NCBI GenBank assembly: GCA_031261245.1 | Contig: JAISKU010000100.1 | Location: 1-32,511 of the forward strand | Reading direction: 5' to 3' | Source: Oscillospiraceae bacterium | Lineage (GTDB): Bacteria > Bacillota > Clostridia > Oscillospirales > Oscillospiraceae | Length of the DNA: 32,511 nucleotides | Shown: piece by piece, positions 1-7,915 of the stretch | Numbering within the stretch: the stretch's first letter is position 1 | How the letters are laid out: every line of letters begins with the position of its first letter | The notes under the pieces: model-generated | The model's input: the letters and a program-made list of their open reading frames with translations, nothing else | Databases searched by the model: none | What the model was told of the DNA's origin: nothing | Program-made: the position numbers and the translations under genes

Positions 1-1212
1 GCTCTCGCGCTCCGGATAGCGCAGCGCCGTGAGCTTCCCGCCGAAAACGCAGCCCGTGTCGATGCACACCGCGCCGTTCACGTTCCGCACCTCGGGAACA
101 GGCGTGTGGCCGTAGACGATGAGGGCGCGTCCGCGGTACTCCTCCGCCCACGGCAGGCGCACGGGCAGACCGAACTCGTCCGTCTCGCCGTCCGTGTCAC
201 CGTAGAGGCAGAAGCTGCGGACGCGCGACGACGCGCGGCCTTGCAGCTTTTCCGGCAGCCCCGCGTGCGCGACGACAAGCCGCCCGCCGTCAAAAACGTA
301 ATGGCTTACCAGGCCGTCGAGGAACACGGCGACCTCGCGCCTGAAATCCTCATTCTGCCCGTCGAGCTGTTCTATTGTGGCGTCCAAGCCGTGCGTGCGC
401 TGAACGTCCTTGCCGCGCAAGTGTTTCAGCAGCTTCGCGTCGTGGTTGCCGGGGACGCAGTACGCCGCGCCGGACGCGCACATGTTCATCACGAGCCGCA
501 AAACCTCTACGTTCCCCGGCCCCCTGTCGCACAAATCGCCGAGGAAAACCGCCCGTCGCCCCTCCGGCGGCGCGGCTGCGAAATTCTCCGCGTCAACCGC
601 GTAGCCGAGCTTTTGAAGCATCTCCGCAAGCTCGTCAAAGCAGCCGTGAACGTCGCCGATGATGTCGAACGGCCCTCTCTCGCTCTTTTTGTCGCTCCAC
701 AGCGGCGTGCGGACAATCTCGCATTCCGCGATATCCGCCTCGCTCTTTAGCGTGTAGACAAAACGGAAGCCGTCCTTTTTCAGATATTTCAGCGAGCGTT
801 TCAGCTGCGCGGACTGCTTCGCGATGACCGACGCGCCGAAGTCGCGATCCGCGCGCTTTTCGTTGCGCTCGCGGCAGACCTGCTCCGGCAAATCGAGGAC
901 AATCGCCGCGGCGTGGATATTCTGCTCTTTCGCGAGCCTGATTATCTCCCGTCGCGCGTCGGACTGCACGTTTGTCGCGTCGATTACAGTCAGCAGGCCG
1001 AGCTCCAGACGCTTGCGCGCGACGTAATACAGCGCGTCGAACGCCTGCGCCGACACGGCCTGATTGTTCTCGTCGTCAGAGACGAGCGCGCGGAAATAAT
1101 CCGACGAGAGAACCTCCGTCGGCTTGAAATGCGCCTTTGCGAACGTGCTCTTACCGCTACCCGACACTCCCACGAGCGCGACGAGACACAGCTCCGGTAT
1201 CTCTATTCGCAT
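1..1212 (-). CDS. pnkp: Polynucleotide kinase-phosphatase (Pnkp), N-terminal kinase and phosphoesterase domains; 3' part of the gene lies outside the window
   Basis: Not in the supplied ORF track because there is no stop inside the window. My translation of the minus strand from ATG 1212..1210 gives MRIEIPELCLVALVGVSGSGKSTFAKAHFKPTEVLSSDYFR..., a P-loop kinase (GVSGSGKST). It is followed by calcineurin-type phosphoesterase motifs DIIGDVHGC, FLGDLCDRGP, VPGNHD and VYGHTP. The ATG overlaps the hen1 stop (ATGCGAATAG), so the pair is translationally coupled. Confidence 0.85.
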   Translation of the reverse strand, partial: MRIEIPELCLVALVGVSGSGKSTFAKAHFKPTEVLSSDYFRALVSDDENNQAVSAQAFDALYYVARKRLELGLLTVIDATNVQSDARREIIRLAKEQNIHAAAIVLDLPEQVCRERNEKRADRDFGASVIAKQSAQLKRSLKYLKKDGFRFVYTLKSEADIAECEIVRTPLWSDKKSERGPFDIIGDVHGCFDELAEMLQKLGYAVDAENFAAAPPEGRRAVFLGDLCDRGPGNVEVLRLVMNMCASGAAYCVPGNHDAKLLKHLRGKDVQRTHGLDATIEQLDGQNEDFRREVAVFLDGLVSHYVFDGGRLVVAHAGLPEKLQGRASSRVRSFCLYGDTDGETDEFGLPVRLPWAEEYRGRALIVYGHTPVPEVRNVNGAVCIDTGCVFGGKLTALRYPERES

Positions 1213-2567
1213 AGCTCAAACACCCCCATCTGCGTCGGAGAGCCGTACTCCGCGCTCACGTCGCCGATTCCCGAAATCGCGACTTTGTAGCCGCGCCTCG
1301 CGGCAACTGCCTCCGCCCAAGCCGAAAACTCACTGCGCGTCCACTCAAAGCGGTGGTCGCCGTGGCGCATTTCGTCCGCCGTAAGCTTCTCGTACACCGC
1401 GTTGTAGTCGCGGTTCGGCGTCGTCAGCACGATTACGCGCGGCTTTGCGTACCCGAACAGCACGCGCTCAAACACATTCAGCCGCGCCGCGTCCAGATGC
1501 TCAATCACTTCCATCACGCTCGCCGCGTCGTAGCCTTGAATCCGCCTGTCCTTGTACGTCAGGGAACTTTGGAACAGCGTCACGCGCTCGTCTGTTCGCT
1601 CGCTCGCGGTTTCGAGCCGCAGCCTGTCCGACGCGCGCTTGAGCGACGATTGCGACACGTCCGTCCCCGCGATTTTCGCAAATTGCCCGTCCCGCAGCAG
1701 CAGACTCAGTAGCCGCCCCTCGCCGCAGCCGAGGTCGATTACCGTCCGCGCGCCCGACGCCTTCAGCGCATCGAGCACGGCGTCAAGCCGCTTCGCGTTC
1801 AGACCCGGCTCGCGCGCGGGCTTTTCCTCCGGTTCCTCAAGACCGTCGTTCAGCCGCGCGAAATACTCGCCGACGAGGTCGCGCTGGCGGTGCAGATAGC
1901 GGTCAACTATGAACTTGCGCTCGGGGTGGGTTTCGAGCCACTCACCGCCCGAACGCAGAAGCTTGTCCACCTCGTCGTCGCCGACCCAGTAGTGCTTGTG
2001 CCTGTCAAAAACGGGCAGGAGTACGTAGATATGCCGCAGCAAATCCCGCAGGCGGACGCTCCCGCGCAGGGTCAAATCGACGCAGCGGCTCTCGCCCCAC
2101 TCCGGAAAGCTCTCGTCCAGAGCGCGTGCTTCAAAGCTCACCGAGTACCCCAGCGGCCCGAATACTCGCGCGAGCATCGCAAAATCCGTGTTGCACGGGA
2201 GCATTGTGATCTCCGCCGACAGCTCCAGCGGCGAGTCGGACAGCTCCTGGTGCGCGTCCGCGCGCCCCGTCATCGCCGTGCCGAAAACCTTTGCGATCGC
2301 GACGCTCATAAACGACGACGAGACATACGGGCGGTCATTCACGTAATCAAACAGCCCCTCCGCGCCGCCCTTGCCCTTCGCGAGGTCGAGCGGGTCGATA
2401 TCGAGCAGCAGCGCCGCAGTCGTGCGCCCGTCCGTGACCTCGGGGTAAAAGACGTGCGCCATGCCGAACGTGAGGTCGAACGCCTGCGGGCAGCGGTTCG
2501 GGTTTTTGTAGAGCAGATACCCGAGGTCGGACGTGCCGCGCCCCGTGTAGGTGATGGTCAGGAGCAT
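1203..2567 (-). CDS. hen1: 3'-terminal RNA ribose 2'-O-methyltransferase Hen1 (bacterial RNA-repair partner of Pnkp)
   Basis: 454-aa ORF. The N-terminus MLLTITYTG..DLGYLLYKNPNR..AHVFYPE is typical of the bacterial Hen1 N-terminal domain. The C-terminal half has the SAM-methyltransferase motif VIDLGCGEGRLL. GGGAGG SD sits 7 nt upstream of ATG 2567. pnkp follows immediately downstream. Confidence 0.85.
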   Translation of the reverse strand: MLLTITYTGRGTSDLGYLLYKNPNRCPQAFDLTFGMAHVFYPEVTDGRTTAALLLDIDPLDLAKGKGGAEGLFDYVNDRPYVSSSFMSVAIAKVFGTAMTGRADAHQELSDSPLELSAEITMLPCNTDFAMLARVFGPLGYSVSFEARALDESFPEWGESRCVDLTLRGSVRLRDLLRHIYVLLPVFDRHKHYWVGDDEVDKLLRSGGEWLETHPERKFIVDRYLHRQRDLVGEYFARLNDGLEEPEEKPAREPGLNAKRLDAVLDALKASGARTVIDLGCGEGRLLSLLLRDGQFAKIAGTDVSQSSLKRASDRLRLETASERTDERVTLFQSSLTYKDRRIQGYDAASVMEVIEHLDAARLNVFERVLFGYAKPRVIVLTTPNRDYNAVYEKLTADEMRHGDHRFEWTRSEFSAWAEAVAARRGYKVAISGIGDVSAEYGSPTQMGVFELCE

Positions 2568-2594
2568 ATCGGAACCTCCCGTGATTTTTTAATG

Positions 2595-2623
2595 AATATA
2601 TCATATACCCGGCAATTTCGCAA
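2595..2623 (-). promoter_or_regulatory. Candidate sigma-A-type promoter for hen1-pnkp
   Basis: Minus strand reads TTGCGA (2623..2618) - 17 nt - TATATT (2600..2595), just upstream of the hen1 SD/ATG. Confidence 0.4.
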
Positions 2624-2651
2624 CAAACCTCCGGTTTATCCCTCGTATCCG

Positions 2652-2680
2652 TTGCAATTTTGTCGAAAGCTTGGTATAAT
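2652..2680 (+). promoter_or_regulatory. Strong sigma-A-type promoter (extended -10) for the 2709-6843 operon
   Basis: TTGCAA (2652..2657) - 17 nt - TATAAT (2675..2680), with TG at 2672..2673 giving TGnTATAAT. It lies 28 nt upstream of ATG 2709 and inside the 5' extension of track ORF 1890..4430, which argues against that extension. Confidence 0.6.
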
Positions 2681-2708
2681 CGCGGAAAAACAAAGGTTGG
2701 TGACGCAT

Positions 2709-4430
2709 ATGCCGACGGAACGGCACCGCCCGACCGCGCTGCTACCGAACAGAATATTCCCGAGCTATCAGCTGTTCGCGACGGCGGGCAACGGGAAACT
2801 CGCGCCCGAAAAGACGCTCGTCCGCTGCGTCCTGCACGCGTTCGCGTGGCTGCGCGGGCGCTTCCGCGAGCTGGAGCGCCCGACGGAGCTCGTCTGCGCG
2901 CCGCCGGAAGAGAGCGCGGGCGTGAGCTTCGCGGACTTCAAGTCGTTTGAGCTGAACGTCGGCTACAAGATAGAAACCGTCTGTTTGCAGGAGGAAAAGG
3001 CGTGGGCGCTGCGCCTCACGGAGCCGGATCCCGGCGCGACGCTCACCGACGGGACGACGCGCGCGGCCGTCGCCGGGCGGATTTTTGAGACGAATATCGC
3101 GTTCCGCCTGATTGAGAGCAAGGTCGAGTGCGGCTTCAAAACCGTCGTTTCCGAGCCCGAGGGTACGGCGGAGCCGTGCGAGGTGTTCCGCTACGCGCTC
3201 GTGCGGAGCCTCATCGAGGACGCGCAAATCGGTCTGTCGCACGGCGCGTATCCGCTCCGCGCGGAGCCGCTGTCCGCCGCGAACGCAAAGGACGCGCAAA
3301 AGCTCACAAAATGGCTCCGTGACGACCGCCGTATGCTGCCCGCGGTCGTCCTCGTCGAAGCGGACGCGGGCGAAAAACCCGCGCCGCCGCTCAATTTTGC
3401 GAAGCTGGACTTCGCGCGCGTGTCGCTCGCGCCCCGACTGCCCGCCGCGCCGCCGGTCGCGCCGAAAAAGCGCGAACCGGACGTTGACTGGAGCTTCGCC
3501 ATGGGCTTCGCGCAGGTGTTCACCACAACCGCCGAATTCCTCTATACCGCCGGCGACACGCTGCTCGTTGAGCCGCAGTTCTCCGGCGAGGTCGTCAACG
3601 TTCGCGGTGAGCCGGACGCGCGTCTGCGGGAGCGCGTGAAAAATTACCCCGTGGGCAAGCCCATAAAATACGGCAGCGTGATGTTCGTCACCGAGGCAAA
3701 AATCGTCGAGCTGGAGGCGCGCATTGCCGCGGACTCGAGCCGCGGAGAGATGCTCGCTGACTTTGAGCTGCAAAAGGCCGCCCTGCGCGACAGCTTCGGC
3801 GAAAAGCAGCGGCAGCGCGACCTCGAATTTATCGCGCTCGAAAAAAAGCTCGCCTCAGAGCGCGGCAGACGCGAAAAAGAGGAGAAAAAAACCGCGGAGC
3901 TGCTGCGAAACATCGACGAAATCAGTGAAAAGCACAGCCGCGACCTGCGCCGACGCGACGCGGAGATAGCCTTTCTGCGCTCAAAGGCCGCGCGCCCGAA
4001 AAAGCCGCAGGAGCTTGCGGCGTGGGCGGCGGAGCGCTTCGCCGGACAGCTCGAGGTCTTTGACAGCAACAGAATAAAGTGGGGCGAGATTGGCGACGTC
4101 GAGCTTTTCTGCGACGCGCTCGACTACCTCGCGGCGGAGTACCTCGCCAATCTGCTCGGCGAGCTCCCGGAGGACGAGATGAACGACGCGAGCTCCGTCA
4201 AGTACAACAGGGGCTTCGATGTCGGACTCGTTACCGGCACCTCGCCGGAGGTCTACCACGGCGATTACCACATTAATTACGGCGGAGCGGAGCGACTGCT
4301 CGACCGCCACCTGCGCGTCGGCAACAGGACGGAGAACCTGCTGCGCGTATACTTTTTCTTTGACAAGGAGCGACGGCTCATTGTAATCGGCTCGCTGCCC
4401 GGCCATTTGCCGACCGTAAGTTACAGCTGA
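2709..4430 (+). CDS. Hypothetical 573-aa protein with a central charged coiled-coil; function unknown
   Basis: In-frame ATG at 2709 of track ORF 1890..4430, downstream of the promoter and an AAGG-type SD. The upstream part of that ORF is antisense to hen1. A Lys/Glu/Arg-rich heptad-like stretch (EARIAADSS...EKKLASERGRREKEEKKTAELLRNIDEISEKHSRDLRRRDAEIAFL) separates an N-terminal region of ~330 aa from a C-terminal globular region of ~150 aa. I recognise no family. Confidence 0.7.
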   Translation: MPTERHRPTALLPNRIFPSYQLFATAGNGKLAPEKTLVRCVLHAFAWLRGRFRELERPTELVCAPPEESAGVSFADFKSFELNVGYKIETVCLQEEKAWALRLTEPDPGATLTDGTTRAAVAGRIFETNIAFRLIESKVECGFKTVVSEPEGTAEPCEVFRYALVRSLIEDAQIGLSHGAYPLRAEPLSAANAKDAQKLTKWLRDDRRMLPAVVLVEADAGEKPAPPLNFAKLDFARVSLAPRLPAAPPVAPKKREPDVDWSFAMGFAQVFTTTAEFLYTAGDTLLVEPQFSGEVVNVRGEPDARLRERVKNYPVGKPIKYGSVMFVTEAKIVELEARIAADSSRGEMLADFELQKAALRDSFGEKQRQRDLEFIALEKKLASERGRREKEEKKTAELLRNIDEISEKHSRDLRRRDAEIAFLRSKAARPKKPQELAAWAAERFAGQLEVFDSNRIKWGEIGDVELFCDALDYLAAEYLANLLGELPEDEMNDASSVKYNRGFDVGLVTGTSPEVYHGDYHINYGGAERLLDRHLRVGNRTENLLRVYFFFDKERRLIVIGSLPGHLPTVSYS

Positions 4431-4440
4431 GAGGTGACGT

Positions 4441-5946
4441 ATGAACCTGTCCAAATCCCGCTATTGCAGCGCTGTGCAGTGCCCGAAAATCCTCTGGATG
4501 CAGTCGCACATGCCCGAGGAATACGACGAAACCGTGATGAATGCGAGCACCCTCGCGATGGGAAACGCCGTCGGTGACCTCGCCATGGGCTACTACGGCG
4601 ACTTCACCGAGATTCCGTACAGCGACGACAAATCTGCGATGCTCGCCGCGACACAGGCGGCGCTGAACAACGGCGTCGCCGTGATTGCCGAGGCGTCGTT
4701 CGCGGTTGACGGGAACTTTTGCAGCGTGGACATTCTGCGCAATTTCGGCGGGTATGTCGAGATTGTCGAGGTCAAAAGCTCGACCGAGCTGAAGGACATC
4801 TATCTGCACGACATGGCGTACCAGTGCTACGTCCTGCAACAGTGCGGGCTGAACGTCGCGCGCGTGTCGCTCATGCACATCAACAACCAGTACGTCCGGC
4901 AGGGCGCGCTGGATTTGCGGGAGCTTTTCACCGTCGAGGACCACACGGCTGACATGGACGCCCTGCTCGCGGATATTCCAGACAATATCGCGCGCTTCAA
5001 GGCGATCGCTGATCAGAGTGATGAACCCGATATCGGCATAAGCGAAAACTGTGACAAGCCGTATGAGTGCGGCTACAAGAGCCACTGCTGGCGGGATATC
5101 CCCGAAAACAGCGTATTTGACGTCGCGGGACATATGCACGCGACGAAAAAATGGGATATGTACCGGCGCGGCATCGTCACCTTTGCGGAGATTATCGCGT
5201 CCGGCGTAAAAATAAACGATAAACAGCGGCGGCAGGTGACGGGCGAGCTGTCGCGCGGCGCGCCCGAGATCAACAAGCGCGAAATTCGCCTGTTCCTCAA
5301 TTCTCTCCGCTATCCGCTGTACCACCTCGATTTTGAGACGTATCAGGCCGCGATTCCCGAGTACGACGGACTGCGGCCGTACTCGCAGGTGCCGTTCCAG
5401 TTCTCGCTGCACATTGAGTACACCGAGGGCGCGGAGCCGGAGCACCGCGAATTCCTCGCGGAGGCCGGAGCCGACCCGCGCCGAGAGCTTGCGGAGCGGC
5501 TTTGCGCGGATATCCCCGCGGGCGTGTGCGTCCTCGCCTACAACAAGGCGTTTGAGCAGTCGCGGCTGCTTGAGCTCGCGCGGCAGTTCCCGGATTTGAG
5601 CGGACACCTCACGTCAATCCGCGAGAATATTGAGGATTTAATGCTGCCGTTCGAAAAGCAGGACTACTACGATTGGCGCTTCAAGGGGTCGTACTCGATA
5701 AAGTATGTGCTGCCCGCGCTCTGCCCCGGCGACCCGGAGCTGGATTACAACGCGCTCGACCTGATTCACAACGGCGGCGAAGCGATGGACGCGTTCCCGG
5801 CGCTCGCGGCGCTCCCGCCCGACGAGGCGGAGCCGTACCGCCGCGCCCTGCTCGCGTACTGCCGCCTCGACACCCTCGCGATGGTGAAAATTCTGGCGCG
5901 GCTGCGTGAGGAAGCAAAGAAGGACAAGAGCTTTGAATCGATATAG
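4441..5946 (+). CDS. DUF2779-type protein (N-terminal PD-(D/E)xK/Cas4-RecB-like nuclease fold plus C-terminal RNase-H-like region)
   Basis: 501 aa. The N-terminus LSKSRYCSAVQCPKILWM and the motif VEIVEVKSS (ExK) match the pattern I recall for DUF2779. The C-terminal half has YHLDFETY...PFQFS, which looks like an exonuclease motif. GAGAGGTG SD; only a 10-nt gap after the preceding stop. Confidence 0.7.
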   Translation: MNLSKSRYCSAVQCPKILWMQSHMPEEYDETVMNASTLAMGNAVGDLAMGYYGDFTEIPYSDDKSAMLAATQAALNNGVAVIAEASFAVDGNFCSVDILRNFGGYVEIVEVKSSTELKDIYLHDMAYQCYVLQQCGLNVARVSLMHINNQYVRQGALDLRELFTVEDHTADMDALLADIPDNIARFKAIADQSDEPDIGISENCDKPYECGYKSHCWRDIPENSVFDVAGHMHATKKWDMYRRGIVTFAEIIASGVKINDKQRRQVTGELSRGAPEINKREIRLFLNSLRYPLYHLDFETYQAAIPEYDGLRPYSQVPFQFSLHIEYTEGAEPEHREFLAEAGADPRRELAERLCADIPAGVCVLAYNKAFEQSRLLELARQFPDLSGHLTSIRENIEDLMLPFEKQDYYDWRFKGSYSIKYVLPALCPGDPELDYNALDLIHNGGEAMDAFPALAALPPDEAEPYRRALLAYCRLDTLAMVKILARLREEAKKDKSFESI

Positions 5947-5973
5947 TGGACTGATCATCCTCGAGGTGCAAAC

Positions 5974-6843
5974 ATGATCATCAGCGCGTCGCGTCGAACG
6001 GATATTCCGGCGTTCTACTCCGAGTGGCTCGTGAACCGGCTGCGCGAGGGCTTTGTGCTCGTGCGCAATCCGGTGAATCCGTCGCAGATTCGGCGCGTCG
6101 AGCTCGCGCCGGAGTGCGTGGACGGCTTCGTGTTCTGGACGAAAAACGCCGCGCCGATGCTCCCGAAGCTCGACGCGGTTGCCGCGTTCCCGTACTATTT
6201 CCAGTACACCATCACCGCCTATGATTCGGACATCGAGCGCGGCCTGCCGTCGAAGCGCGACGTCGTGATTCCCGCGTTCCGGGAACTCGCAGCGCGCGTC
6301 GGAGCGGAGCGCGTCGTGTGGCGTTACGACCCGATTCTATTCACGCCGAGGTACGATTTCGACTACCACATCCGCGCGTTCACGCGGCTGTGCGGTTTGC
6401 TCGAGGGCAGCACGCGGCGGTGCGTCGTCAGCTTCGTGATTCCGTACAAGTCGATTGCGGGGAGCTTCCGTGCCGCCGGAATCGAGGTTCCGACGGGCGA
6501 CGCGCGGCTGCGGCTCGCTGAAAAACTGCTGCAAACAGCGGCGGAGCGCGGGATTGCGCTGTGCGCGTGCTGCGAGTCGCCGGAGTTGTACGCGCTCGGC
6601 GTCAGCCCGACGGCGTGTGTGGATTCGGCGCTGCTCGGCGAGATTGCGGGGCGGCCGCTCGAGGTCAAGCGCGACAAAAATCAGCGCGACGGCTGCAACT
6701 GCGCCGCGAGCGTCGATATCGGCGCGTACAACACGTGTCTGAACGGCTGCGCGTACTGCTACGCGAACCACGGCGCGCGCCGCGTCGCGTCGAACGCGGC
6801 GGCGCACGATGCGACGAGTCCGCTGATAGTGGGGAATGTTTAA
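5974..6843 (+). CDS. DUF1848 family protein (putative Fe-S cluster protein)
   Basis: 289 aa. The N-terminus MIISASRRTDIPAFYSEW is characteristic of DUF1848. C-terminal Cys cluster: CNCAASVDIGAYNTCLNGCAYCYAN. GAGGTG SD upstream. Confidence 0.75.
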   Translation: MIISASRRTDIPAFYSEWLVNRLREGFVLVRNPVNPSQIRRVELAPECVDGFVFWTKNAAPMLPKLDAVAAFPYYFQYTITAYDSDIERGLPSKRDVVIPAFRELAARVGAERVVWRYDPILFTPRYDFDYHIRAFTRLCGLLEGSTRRCVVSFVIPYKSIAGSFRAAGIEVPTGDARLRLAEKLLQTAAERGIALCACCESPELYALGVSPTACVDSALLGEIAGRPLEVKRDKNQRDGCNCAASVDIGAYNTCLNGCAYCYANHGARRVASNAAAHDATSPLIVGNV

Positions 6844-6860
6844 GATTTTTATTTTGTGCA

Positions 6861-6900
6861 ATCAAGGCTTACCGTTTTTCGCGGTAAGCCTTGATAATTT
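6861..6900 (+). terminator. Rho-independent-type terminator ending the 2709-6843 operon
   Basis: 14-bp perfect stem ATCAAGGCTTACCG (6861..6874) / CGGTAAGCCTTGAT (6882..6895) with a 7-nt loop, followed by AATTT. It marks the left edge of the AT-richer island. Confidence 0.6.
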
Positions 6901-6927
6901 CTAAATTGTCATATTACGAGAATTGTA

Positions 6928-6956
6928 TTGACCCGCAAATCCCTTTGGTCTATAAT
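6928..6956 (+). promoter_or_regulatory. Sigma-A-type promoter of the accessory + type III effector operon
   Basis: TTGACC (6928..6933) - 17 nt - TATAAT (6951..6956), 29 nt upstream of GTG 6986, which is preceded by GGAGGT. Confidence 0.6.
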
Positions 6957-6985
6957 TAAAACCAATATTCTGTGGAGGTGCAGCA

Positions 6986-7840
6986 GTGACGACATATAAA
7001 ACGATATACAATGCGCAGGTGAGTTGCCCCCCTTCAAGCAGAAAAAATACATACGAAAAACTGAAAGACTTTGAATCGAATTTTAGTACAATGGCCGCAA
7101 ATCTCCAAATCAATGGTACTGTTGACTACGAGATCGGGTATCAGGAAGAAACGGAATATTTTGACACGCTGTTCGATGTGTCAAAGGTACTGCTAACATG
7201 CGGCTTGAGTAACGATATATTCAAGAGCAAGAATAGAGGCCCTATTTATTTCAGCCATTCTGTATTCCCGGACACAAAAAAATACTCTGACTTTCGCAAA
7301 GCAATGAGAGCGCTTGACGCCATCGGCTATGTCAGTTATAAGGGCCATCGCGGGAATCCCTCCAATGCTTACATTATAACGGGCTGCGACATAACAATTG
7401 CTGATGATGAAGTAAAATCGCGTTTTCTCTCAAAGGACGCATGGTACGAGGTGTACATAATGGGAGTGGTACGAACGATTATGGAAACATCTTTCAATGA
7501 GGTGCCGTATGAATTGGCGACAGGCGTCACAATCAGGTTAAATAACAATGACATCACCGACTGTGATGTTTTGCTTGCGGTTGGCAATTCTGTTTTTTAT
7601 ATTGAAACAAAAGTAAGTGCTTATAAGGGCAAAGAATATGAGTCTTACATGAATAAATACGCTAACCACATCGAACTATTCGGATTTTCCCCTGTAAACG
7701 CTTGCTTTGTATGTCTGAACAAAACCGATGAGAAGTTAGCCGAAATGAGAACCTACGCAAACGGACGATTTCATGTTCATGATAACCGCTCATTTCCCAT
7801 GTGGATTGAGAACCGCATTCGGGAAGTATTAAAAAAATAA
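6986..7840 (+). CDS. Card1/Can2-type (DUF1887-like) PD-(D/E)xK nuclease domain protein with a non-CARF, winged-helix-like N-terminal half
   Basis: 284 aa; GTG start 5 nt after GGAGGTG. The C-terminal half has KDAWYEVYIMGVV (the GxW[FY]Exy helix I associate with the Card1/Can nuclease domain). It also has the catalytic-type pattern DCDVLLAVGNSVFYIETK (D..D..(E)xK). The N-terminal segment FRKAMRALDAIGYVSYKGHRGNPSNAYIITG looks like a wHTH recognition helix plus wing. I see no Rossmann/CARF pattern. Confidence 0.55.
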   Translation: MTTYKTIYNAQVSCPPSSRKNTYEKLKDFESNFSTMAANLQINGTVDYEIGYQEETEYFDTLFDVSKVLLTCGLSNDIFKSKNRGPIYFSHSVFPDTKKYSDFRKAMRALDAIGYVSYKGHRGNPSNAYIITGCDITIADDEVKSRFLSKDAWYEVYIMGVVRTIMETSFNEVPYELATGVTIRLNNNDITDCDVLLAVGNSVFYIETKVSAYKGKEYESYMNKYANHIELFGFSPVNACFVCLNKTDEKLAEMRTYANGRFHVHDNRSFPMWIENRIREVLKK

Positions 7841-7915
7841 CCGCACCCGCTGCGAAAAACCGTAAACCGCACCTCAATAAATTAAGTAATGCAAAACAAT
7901 TAGGAGTGATATCTG

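Noticed and set aside
106-750. 214-aa plus-strand ORF and other ORFs overlapping 1..1212.
   Set aside because: The opposite strand encodes an unmistakable Pnkp kinase/phosphatase (P-loop, GDVHG, GDxxDRG, GNHD). The plus-strand product is Arg/Ala-rich and low-complexity, typical of antisense frames in GC-rich DNA.
1890-2708. 5' extension of track ORF 1890..4430 (846 aa).
   Set aside because: The first ~273 codons are antisense to hen1 and run through the AT-rich divergent promoter region. A TTGCAA-17-TGgTATAAT promoter and an SD lie inside it, just upstream of the in-frame ATG 2709. High GC explains the open frame.
4378-5607. 409-aa minus-strand ORF; similar long antisense ORFs at 2742..3773 and 6337..6861.
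   Set aside because: They are antisense to ORFs with recognisable motifs (DUF2779, DUF1848). They have no SD or promoter and an Arg/Ala/Gly-rich composition. These are GC-driven open frames.
6844-6985. Looked for tRNA genes, integrase or transposase remnants and att-like direct repeats at the island borders (also 19864..20021).
   Set aside because: None was found by eye. Only a terminator and promoter are at the left border, and a repeat-derived hairpin plus a promoter-like region at the right.
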